DNA of 64,000 bases. Origin: an uncultured Aquiluna sp. GTDB taxonomy: Bacteria > Actinomycetota > Actinomycetes > Actinomycetales > Microbacteriaceae. The notes below the pieces were generated by a model. The model ran no database searches and was not told the origin of the DNA. It was given only the letters and a program-made list of their open reading frames with translations. The translations under genes and the position numbers were made by a program. How positions within the stretch are numbered: the first letter of the stretch is position 1; the number at the start of each line of letters is the position of its first letter. Below, in pieces: positions 56,582-64,000 of the stretch. The DNA is taken from assembly GCA_913775595.1 (NCBI GenBank), contig CAJYLB010000001.1, positions 744,001 to 808,000 on the forward strand, written 5' to 3'.

Positions 56582-58354
56582 CTACTGCTGTAGTTTCTGA
56601 GCAACCTCAAGCCACGTTTGCTCAGCCTTGTCGATTTCAGACCTGAGATCCCGCTCCTTAACAGAGAGCTCACTCAGTACCTCATAGTCGCTCTGGTCGG
56701 CCTCCGCCATCTCAAGTTGAAGCTGCGTCAATTCGGTTTCTGTCTTCGCAATCAGCCTCTCTAGCCTTGCTGATTCCTTCTCGAGGTTGCGCCTCTCGGC
56801 TCCGGTTAGTTCTTGGCTTCGAACTTGCTTTGATTGAGCCTGCATTTTAGGCACTTTGAGCTGAAGGTACTGATCTACTCCTCCCGGAAGATGCCTGAGA
56901 TTGGTATCTCCCAGCAACCCGTATTGATTGTCAGTTACTCGCTCGAGAAGGTAGCGGTCGTGGGAAACAACGATCAGAGTTCCAGGCCAAATATCTAAAA
57001 GATCCTCGATGGCAGCCAGCATGTCAGTGTCAAGATCGTTGGTTGGCTCGTCAAGAATTAGGACATTCGGCTCGGTAAACATAAGCCGCAAGAGTTGAAA
57101 ACGCCTGCGCTGACCGCCTGAAAGGTCCTTGATTGGTGTTTGTAGCTCTTCGGATCTGAAGCCAAGTTGCTCCACAAGTTGGCCCGTGGGAATCTCTTTC
57201 TTTCCAACCACAAACGTTGTCTTCTCACGCTTGATCATGTTGAAAATGCGGTCATCCGCATGCTCATTTAGCTCGGCAACATCCTGGGACAGCTGCGCAA
57301 ACCTAACAGTCTTCCCAATTTTTACCTTGCCGGTCGTTGGAGTTAGCGCCCCAGTTAGGAGCCCTATCAGTGTCGTCTTACCGGCACCGTTTGCACCAAC
57401 CAGTCCGATCCTGTCAGCGGGACCCAGTCGAAAAGTTAGGTTTTCAAAGATTGTCTTGCCGTCAGGTGTTTGGTAGCTCACATCTTCGAGATCGACCACG
57501 TCCTTACCGAGCCTTGCCGTGGATAGTTTCGCCAGTTCAATCGAGTCTCTAGGTGGGGGCTCGTTGCCAATAAGTTCAAGTGCGGCATCGATTCGAAACT
57601 TTGGTTTCGATGTTCGGGCCGGAGCTCCGCGGCCGAGCCATGCGAGCTCCTTGCGGAGAATGTTTTGGCGTCGCGCCTCGATTGCCGCCTGCTGGCGGGC
57701 TCTCTCAGCACGCTGCTGCACATAGGCTGCATAGCCTCCGGAGAAAGGCTCTATGCGTCCACCGACGACCTCCCAGGTCGTATTGCAGACAGCATCTAGG
57801 AACCAGCGGTCGTGGGTGATAACCAGTAGACCTCCGGATGATTGGCTCCAACGGGTTTTGAGGTGGTTGGCAAGCCAATTGACGCCATCCACATCGAGGT
57901 GATTGGTCGGCTCGTCAAGCATGATGACCTCGTGGTCGCCAGCGAGCAGCCGAGCCAGGGCTACCCTCCTTAGCTGCCCACCAGAAAGGGTTCCAACACT
58001 CTGGTTCCAGTCAAGATCGGCAACCAAGCCACCCAAGACATCTCTAATCTTTGGGTCTGCCGCCCACTCATACTCAGGGCCGTCGCCAACTACAACTTTC
58101 GTAACCGGGAGATCAGGATCGAATGTGTCGGTCTGGGTGAGGAATCCAACTCGAAGGCCTCCACGATAGGTAACGGTTCCCGAGTCCGGAACCAGTTGCC
58201 GCGAGAGAATCTTGATAAGGGTTGATTTGCCATCGCCGTTTCGACCGACAACACCGATGCGGTCACCCTCTGAGATTCCAACGGTTACCGAGTTGAAGAC
58301 CTCGCGATTGGGGAAGCTGTGGGAGATGCTCTGAGCACCTAGTAGGTGTGCCAC
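56582..58354 (-). CDS. ABC-F family ATPase (Uup-like)
   Basis: Two ABC domains (GRNGDGKST, GANGAGKTT, LSGGQ, LDEPTN), no TM, C-terminal coiled coil. Confidence 0.93.
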   Translation of the reverse strand: MAHLLGAQSISHSFPNREVFNSVTVGISEGDRIGVVGRNGDGKSTLIKILSRQLVPDSGTVTYRGGLRVGFLTQTDTFDPDLPVTKVVVGDGPEYEWAADPKIRDVLGGLVADLDWNQSVGTLSGGQLRRVALARLLAGDHEVIMLDEPTNHLDVDGVNWLANHLKTRWSQSSGGLLVITHDRWFLDAVCNTTWEVVGGRIEPFSGGYAAYVQQRAERARQQAAIEARRQNILRKELAWLGRGAPARTSKPKFRIDAALELIGNEPPPRDSIELAKLSTARLGKDVVDLEDVSYQTPDGKTIFENLTFRLGPADRIGLVGANGAGKTTLIGLLTGALTPTTGKVKIGKTVRFAQLSQDVAELNEHADDRIFNMIKREKTTFVVGKKEIPTGQLVEQLGFRSEELQTPIKDLSGGQRRRFQLLRLMFTEPNVLILDEPTNDLDTDMLAAIEDLLDIWPGTLIVVSHDRYLLERVTDNQYGLLGDTNLRHLPGGVDQYLQLKVPKMQAQSKQVRSQELTGAERRNLEKESARLERLIAKTETELTQLQLEMAEADQSDYEVLSELSVKERDLRSEIDKAEQTWLEVAQKLQQ

Positions 58355-59226
58355 TAGTCCAGCCTCGCCCCGAACTGATCAGTCTGGGTCACAATCGTAA
58401 AGTGGCCACTTGCCCCAAGCTCCTCCGAAATAGCAATTGCATGGTCTTTCGAGTCAGCCACAAAGTAAAGCGTTGGCCCAGATCCTGTGAGGAAACCCCG
58501 CTGACCAGAAATTAGGTTGGCAAAGTCTTCAAGCTCGGGCCTTAGCTTGACTGCAGGCCTCCAAAGAGCGTTCTTACCAATTTCGAGCTCTGATGCAGCG
58601 AGGGCAGCGGCCGCTGCATCCGGTTCCATTGACATGTCGCCCTCAGGAAAGAGCTTGTCGAAAACCCCAAACACTTCCTTGGTCCCAAGCCCGTGAGGAC
58701 TAACCAAGAGGACCAAATACTTGGTATCGAGCGGAGCCAGGGGCTTGAGTTCAATCCCGGTGTCAACGCCGAGAGCTGTGCCACCTAGAAGAGAGAACGG
58801 CACGTCAGAGCCAACTTTGGCTGCAACATCTATCAGTGCCGAAGGGCCCAGTCCCAGACCCCAAAACACATTCAGCGCCAAGAGTGCAGCTGCGGCATCA
58901 GCGCTTCCCCCTGCGAGCCCGGCAGCAACGGGGACCTGCTTGAAAGTTTCAAATCGCATTGGCACAGCTGGAATACCGGCGTACTCTGCGAGTTTCTTCG
59001 CTGCAACTACCACCAGGTTGTCTTCTCCCGTTGGCACTAAATCAAGCTGCTCGGCGGGAAGGTCTCCCGTGGTAGTGACCAACCAGCTGTCATTCTCCGC
59101 GACGCCAACCCGCTGCCTGATTGCTAGCGACTGGTAGATACTCGTCACACTGTGGTAGCCGTCTGAGCGCAGCGGACCCACCTCAAAGAAGAGGTTTATC
59201 TTTCCGGGGGCCGAGGCGTAGATCAC
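58354..59226 (-). CDS. ispE: 4-diphosphocytidyl-2-C-methyl-D-erythritol kinase
   Basis: [36 protein letters not shown]. Confidence 0.96.
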   Translation of the reverse strand: MIYASAPGKINLFFEVGPLRSDGYHSVTSIYQSLAIRQRVGVAENDSWLVTTTGDLPAEQLDLVPTGEDNLVVVAAKKLAEYAGIPAVPMRFETFKQVPVAAGLAGGSADAAAALLALNVFWGLGLGPSALIDVAAKVGSDVPFSLLGGTALGVDTGIELKPLAPLDTKYLVLLVSPHGLGTKEVFGVFDKLFPEGDMSMEPDAAAAALAASELEIGKNALWRPAVKLRPELEDFANLISGQRGFLTGSGPTLYFVADSKDHAIAISEELGASGHFTIVTQTDQFGARLD

Positions 59227-60035
59227 TTGCTAGAGGCTACCCTGATGAATTCATCGATGCCCAGCTCCTCGCCACGAGCACTTGGTGAGATGCCTGCAGC
59301 CACGAGTAACTCTTCGGCTCGCTGTGCACTGCCTGCCCAGCCGGCAAGCGCCTGCCGCAATGTCTTTCGGCGCTGAGCAAAGGCGGCATCAATAACCTCA
59401 AAGACCTCTGACTGCCCATCCCGCGCCTCGCCGCGCTCAAAGAAAACAAGCGCGGAATCGACCCCTGGCACTGGCCAAAATATGCTGCGGCCAACATTTC
59501 CCGCAAGGCGTGCATTTCCAAACCACTCCAGCTTCACACTCGGCGCCCCATACTCCTTACCACCGGGCTTTGCTGCAAGCCGATGAGCTACCTCTGCCTG
59601 GACCATAACAAGTGCCTTTTGGATACTTGGAAAGGTCTCCAAGAAGTGGAGCAAGACTGGCACGGAGATGTTGTAGGGAAGGTTGGCCACGAGCGCCGTT
59701 GGTTCTGCGGGGAGCTCAGTCACCCTCAGGGCATCAGCCTCAATCAGCTGAAGACTTTTGGAGCCCAAGTGTGGCTCAACGGTTCGCGGAAGAATCGATG
59801 CCAGCTTTGGATCCACTTCAACCGCAATCACCGAGTCGGCAACCTCGAGGATTCCAAGTGTCAGCGATCCAAGCCCCGGCCCAATCTCAACCACAACGTC
59901 GTCGTTTTTCAGGTGCGCCTGCGAGACGATTCTGCGAATAGTGTTCGGGTCGATTACGAAGTTCTGGCCAAGCTTCTTGGTTGGTCGCAGATCCAACTCC
60001 GCAGCCAGCCTCCTAATGTCGGCAGCGCCGAGCAC
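59223..60035 (-). CDS. rsmA: 16S rRNA adenine dimethyltransferase
   Basis: [32 protein letters not shown] 60035 with GAGGA SD, TAGTG coupling to tatD. Confidence 0.96.
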   Translation of the reverse strand: MLGAADIRRLAAELDLRPTKKLGQNFVIDPNTIRRIVSQAHLKNDDVVVEIGPGLGSLTLGILEVADSVIAVEVDPKLASILPRTVEPHLGSKSLQLIEADALRVTELPAEPTALVANLPYNISVPVLLHFLETFPSIQKALVMVQAEVAHRLAAKPGGKEYGAPSVKLEWFGNARLAGNVGRSIFWPVPGVDSALVFFERGEARDGQSEVFEVIDAAFAQRRKTLRQALAGWAGSAQRAEELLVAAGISPSARGEELGIDEFIRVASSK

Positions 60036-60928
60036 TACAGGTCCTCTGACCAAGAACCGTAGACCGCCTCGGTATTTTTGTTGATCTGCTCTGCGAGCTT
60101 CTCAGGATTTTGACCAAGCACGTCCGCCATGTACCTGAGGGTGTGAGGCACGAGATATGGAGCATTTGGCCGGCCACGCATCGGCTCTGGAGTTAGGAAT
60201 GGAGCGTCGGTCTCAATAAGGATCTGCCAGGGTTCGCAAGAGAGCAGGGCATCTCGAAGGTATTGATTTTTCTTGAAGGAAACATTTCCTGCAAACGAGA
60301 TGTACCAGCCATTGGTCTTGGCAATCTCGACGAGCTCGGTATCGCCCGAGAAGCAGTGGAACACCGTGCGATCTGGAGCGCCCACTCTTGCCAGGGTGCT
60401 GACAACTTCCGCGTGAGCCTCACGATCATGGATCTGCATCGCAATCGAGTTTTCTTTGGCAATCTCAATATGCTTCTCAAACGAGTAGAGCTGCAGCTCC
60501 AAGGCTTCTTCTCCCTCGGTTCTGAAGAAGTCCAATCCGGTCTCCCCGATGGCCCGAACCCTTGGCCTAGTCGCCAACTCTGCGATCTCGGCAATCGCTT
60601 CATCGAGCTTTTCTTTTGTCTCATAGAGCGGTGCCTCATTTGGATGAAGTGCGACCGCCGCCAGGAGCATTGGCTCATTGGAGGCCTGCTCTGCCGACCA
60701 CTTCGAACTTTCGAGCGTCACACCAACCTGGACTGCTCCCAACATGCCCACCTGCCTCATGCGCTCAAGCTGGTCACTCACGCTCAGAGGTGAATCGCTG
60801 TCCGCAATCTCGAGGTGTGTGTGATTGTCGTAGGTGCCAACCTCGAGAGGTTCTGGCAAATCCGGATAGCGCTGCGGCCTGTTCTCGTTGCCGTCATAGC
60901 TGACGCGAGTTCTTATTGGCTCGGTCAT
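60035..60928 (-). CDS. tatD: TatD family hydrolase
   Basis: DNHTH, LHPN, GETGLD, IHDR, HCFSG, ETDAPFL. Confidence 0.95.
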   Translation of the reverse strand: MTEPIRTRVSYDGNENRPQRYPDLPEPLEVGTYDNHTHLEIADSDSPLSVSDQLERMRQVGMLGAVQVGVTLESSKWSAEQASNEPMLLAAVALHPNEAPLYETKEKLDEAIAEIAELATRPRVRAIGETGLDFFRTEGEEALELQLYSFEKHIEIAKENSIAMQIHDREAHAEVVSTLARVGAPDRTVFHCFSGDTELVEIAKTNGWYISFAGNVSFKKNQYLRDALLSCEPWQILIETDAPFLTPEPMRGRPNAPYLVPHTLRYMADVLGQNPEKLAEQINKNTEAVYGSWSEDL

Positions 60929-62496
60929 TTCTCTTCTACGCGAGGGAAGAGTGCCTCAAGCTCAGATATTTGGGCTCCCGCTGCAAGCTGACCCCAATTG
61001 CCCGCAGAGCTAACTGACTGACTGGAGAGGTTCCCGAGAGATGCACCAATTGCATCCCAGAGTTTTTCACAGGCCTTGGGCATCACCGGAGCTAGCAGAA
61101 CCGCTAGAACTCTCAAGCCCTCGATAGCGGTGTAGAGGACAGTTCCTAGCCGCTCCCTGGTGGATTCGTCTTTTGCCAAGACCCAAGGCTCCTGTGTGGT
61201 GATGTAGTTATTTAGCTCGTCCACCAACTTCCAGGTGCTGGCAATTGCCTCATGAATAGCCACACGGTCCATCGCAGACTCGGCACCTGACACTGCCTCG
61301 GATGCGACCCTCTGCACCTGCTTGTCTGCCGTTTCCTCGCCTGAGGCAGCCGGAATCTCGCCGTCAAAATACCTCCAGATCATGGCAACGGTTCTAGAGG
61401 CTAGGTTTCCAAAACCGTTCGCAAGTTCGGCGGTGTAGCGGGCCGAGAGATCCTCCCAGCTGAATGAACCATCAGAGCCAAAACCGATTGCCTTCATGAA
61501 GTAATACCTGAATGCATCAGATCCGAAGACATCCGTGATTTCATTTGGAGCAATACCGGTTAGCTTTGACTTCGACATCTTCTCGCCACCAACCAACAGC
61601 CAGCCGTGGCCAAACACCTGCTTTGGCGGCTCCATGCCAGCGGCCATAAGCATCGCAGGCCAAATCACTGCATGGAAGCGGAGTATGTCCTTACCCACCA
61701 CCTGGACATCGGCGGGCCATAGTGATCTAAGTTTTTCCTCGTCCGATCCATAACCGATCGCGGTTATGTAATTGAGGAGGGCATCAAACCACACGTAGGT
61801 GATGTGTGAGGTGTCCCAGGGAATATCAATCCCCCAGTCGAACCTTTCCTTGGACCTGGAAATCGAAAGGTCGCTGAGGCCCGAACGGACAAACGAGACA
61901 ACTTCGTTTCTTGCAGACTCGGGCTGAACAAACTTTGGGTTCGCCTCGTAGTGATCCAGCAGTCGCTGTTGGAAATCAGAGAGCTTGAAGAAGTAGTTGT
62001 TCTCGTTTAGCTGCTCAACAGGCTTTGAATGAATCGCACAGACTTTTTGACCCTCGAACTCCCCGTCTCCAGGAATCAGGTCTGACTCGTTCTTGTATTC
62101 CTCGCAGCCCACGCAGTAGTTGCCCTCAAAAGAGCCTTGGTAGATATGACCGGCGTCAAATAGCTGCTGCAAAAACTTTTGAACGGCAACCTTGTGGCGG
62201 TCCTCGGTGGTGCGGATGAAGTCCTGATTTGAAACATCGATCGTCTCAAGCAGCGGAAGCCAGGAGTCTTTGACCAAGCGATCGGTCCAGGACTTGGGGT
62301 CGGTGTTGTTTCCCAGGGCTGTCCTTAGGACCTTCTCACCGTGCTCATCAGTTCCAGTGAGCAAGAAGGATGACTCCCCGCGCTGCCGGTGCCAGCGAGT
62401 GATGACATCCGCTGCAACCTCTGTGTAGGCGTGGCCAATGTGAGGCGCATCATTCACATAGAAGATGGGGGTTGTCACATAAAACGACTTGGGCAC
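60925..62496 (-). CDS. metG: Methionine--tRNA ligase
   Basis: PHIGHAY (HIGH), YVWFDAL, KMSKS. Confidence 0.97.
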   Translation of the reverse strand: MPKSFYVTTPIFYVNDAPHIGHAYTEVAADVITRWHRQRGESSFLLTGTDEHGEKVLRTALGNNTDPKSWTDRLVKDSWLPLLETIDVSNQDFIRTTEDRHKVAVQKFLQQLFDAGHIYQGSFEGNYCVGCEEYKNESDLIPGDGEFEGQKVCAIHSKPVEQLNENNYFFKLSDFQQRLLDHYEANPKFVQPESARNEVVSFVRSGLSDLSISRSKERFDWGIDIPWDTSHITYVWFDALLNYITAIGYGSDEEKLRSLWPADVQVVGKDILRFHAVIWPAMLMAAGMEPPKQVFGHGWLLVGGEKMSKSKLTGIAPNEITDVFGSDAFRYYFMKAIGFGSDGSFSWEDLSARYTAELANGFGNLASRTVAMIWRYFDGEIPAASGEETADKQVQRVASEAVSGAESAMDRVAIHEAIASTWKLVDELNNYITTQEPWVLAKDESTRERLGTVLYTAIEGLRVLAVLLAPVMPKACEKLWDAIGASLGNLSSQSVSSAGNWGQLAAGAQISELEALFPRVEEK

Positions 62497-62505
62497 CGTG
62501 ATATC

Positions 62506-63324
62506 TTAGGCTTTCAGCCGCAGGGCATGCTCGTAGATTACGCTCTTAGACGCGCCGGTTGCCTCCGCCACCTCTGCAGCGGCAGCCTTCATCCCAAGGC
62601 CATCACCCGCTAACTCAAGCGCTTTCTTTGCAAGATCGTCGTAGTCAAACTGGTCGGGCTTGGCTCCCGCAATAACCAAGACCATTTCTCCCTTAGGTGC
62701 ACCCTTAGCCCACTTGATCAGCTCCGAAAGGGTTCCACGTTCGACATGCTCAAACTTCTTGGTGAGTTCACGTGCCACGGAAGCCTGCCTATCCGGACCT
62801 AGAACTGCCTGGGCATCCTCGAGGGCATCCAGAATGCGATGTGGAGCCTCAAAGAAGACCATGGTTCGCAATTCGCGCTCAAGGTTTTGAAAGAGCCTTC
62901 TGCGCTCACCGCTTTTCCTGGGGAGGAAACCCTCAAAGCTAAATCGGTCTGTTGCCAGTCCCGAGACCGCAAGCGCCGAGATAACCGCAGACGGTCCAGG
63001 AATGACACTGACCTCCAGGCCCGCTTCCGCGCACTCACGAACAATGTTGTATCCAGGGTCAGAGATGGTTGGCATGCCGGCATCGCTCACCAGCAGTACC
63101 CGTTGCTCTTTTGCCAGCTCAACGATACGAGCGGCGCTCTCGCGCTCATTGTGGTCATGAAGGCTCAACAGCTTCCCCTTCAAGGTCACCCCTAGGGCCT
63201 TGGCTAGGTGGCTCAAGGTTCTGGTGTCCTCGCAGGCGATGACCTCACTTTCGGCCAGCGCCGCAAGCAACCTCGGCGAGGCATCCGAAAGGTTTCCGAT
63301 TGGGGTTGCGGCAAGAACTAGCAC
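62506..63324 (-). CDS. rsmI: 16S rRNA C1402 2'-O-methyltransferase
   Basis: ATPIGNL, CEDTR, SDAGMPTISDPG, RELTK, KGE; real start GTG 63324, not 63561. Confidence 0.95.
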   Translation of the reverse strand: MLVLAATPIGNLSDASPRLLAALAESEVIACEDTRTLSHLAKALGVTLKGKLLSLHDHNERESAARIVELAKEQRVLLVSDAGMPTISDPGYNIVRECAEAGLEVSVIPGPSAVISALAVSGLATDRFSFEGFLPRKSGERRRLFQNLERELRTMVFFEAPHRILDALEDAQAVLGPDRQASVARELTKKFEHVERGTLSELIKWAKGAPKGEMVLVIAGAKPDQFDYDDLAKKALELAGDGLGMKAAAAEVAEATGASKSVIYEHALRLKA

Positions 63325-63350
63325 GCTTAGCAAACTAGCATCTAAGCGTG
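63322..63350. promoter_or_regulatory. Bidirectional leaderless promoter rsmI/pmt
   Basis: CACGCTTAG-CAAACTAGCAT-CTAAGCGTG; overlapping -10 boxes TAGTTT (-) and TAGCAT (+). Confidence 0.7.
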
Positions 63351-64000
63351 AATTCAGCTCTAGGTCGTCTTGCAGTGCGGATGCACTCATCCCGCGGCTA
63401 CATGCTGCTCGCAAGCCTTGCCATAACGGCCCTCGGAGCTCTTCTAAGGTTTGGGAACATCGCAAACCCAGCCGCTCTGGTTTTTGACGAAACCTACTAC
63501 GTAAAAGACGCCTACACCCTCGGTCTTTTTGGCTCGGAGCGAGTCTGGCCAGAGGATGCAAACCTAGATTTTGAGGCTGGAAACACCGAAGTTTTCGAAT
63601 CCGCAGGCTCCTATGTCGTGCACCCTCCCTTTGGGAAGTGGCTCATATTTTTTGGCATCCAACTCTTTGGTCCAGACAGCCCAGTCGGGTGGAGATTCTC
63701 TGCAGCTCTACTGGGCACCCTGGTCATCCCGCTGGTTATCTTTATTGCCGCAAAGCTAATTGGTTCAAGACCCTTCGCACTCGCAGCAGGACTGTTCATA
63801 GCCCTAGAGGGGCAATCAATAGTGATGTCGCGAACCGCAATTCTCGACGGCATCCTCACCTTCATGGTTGTGCTCGGACTGGCCGTCCTGGTCGTCGCAG
63901 ACGCCTCCTGGCGGAGGCGGGTTGTTGACAGTGGCAAAGCCGGACTCACTGTTCAACCCTGGCTCGTGCTGCTAGGAGTTGTAATGGGCTTAGCAAGCTC
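63348..64000 (+). CDS. pmt: Protein O-mannosyltransferase (Pmt, GT39), 5' part, runs off window
   Basis: Translated by hand from GTG 63348: ...RFGNIANPAALVFDETYYVKDA...YVVHPPFGKWLI...GWRFSAA...MSRTAILD; usual divergent partner of rsmI. Not in the ORF track. Confidence 0.9.
   Translation, partial: MNSALGRLAVRMHSSRGYMLLASLAITALGALLRFGNIANPAALVFDETYYVKDAYTLGLFGSERVWPEDANLDFEAGNTEVFESAGSYVVHPPFGKWLIFFGIQLFGPDSPVGWRFSAALLGTLVIPLVIFIAAKLIGSRPFALAAGLFIALEGQSIVMSRTAILDGILTFMVVLGLAVLVVADASWRRRVVDSGKAGLTVQPWLVLLGVVMGLAS

Noticed and set aside
63325..63561. ORF-track N-terminal extension of rsmI (similar extensions for fbaA, cysK, S8 peptidase, carbonic anhydrase, nitroreductase, DMT, rsgA)
   Set aside because: The extensions overlap neighbouring genes; family motifs and SD or -10 signals point to later starts.

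Overview
A very compact stretch of core chromosome from an actinobacterium. Gene content and order (kgd, sigH-rshA, DUF4245, DUF4307, DUF501, pmt-rsmI-metG-tatD-rsmA-ispE) with only moderately high GC by eye suggest a streamlined Microbacteriaceae such as the Aquiluna/Rhodoluna Luna group (inference). It holds about 60 CDS and two tRNAs, Leu(TAA) and Gln(TTG). Partial genes lie at both edges: metX and pmt, neither in the ORF track. I see no integrase, transposase, prophage, CRISPR array or defence island, and no new multi-gene protein system. The interesting signal is in the tiny intergenic spaces. (1) At least 18 genes have a TANNNT -10 hexamer 6-7 nt before the start codon, implying leaderless mRNAs; this corrects many ORF-track starts. 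(2) At six junctions the upstream stop codon is the first half of the next -10 box. (3) rsmI/pmt share a symmetric bidirectional promoter. (4) The rplY (bL25) leader can form two mutually exclusive folds, one occluding the SD. (5) Terminator-like hairpins sit between promoter and gene for greA and for a short-armed tRNA-Leu(UAA). (6) pth probably starts 80 nt inside rplY. (7) Candidate operators include a PHO-box-like repeat. All regulatory interpretations are predictions from reading the sequence and are untested.
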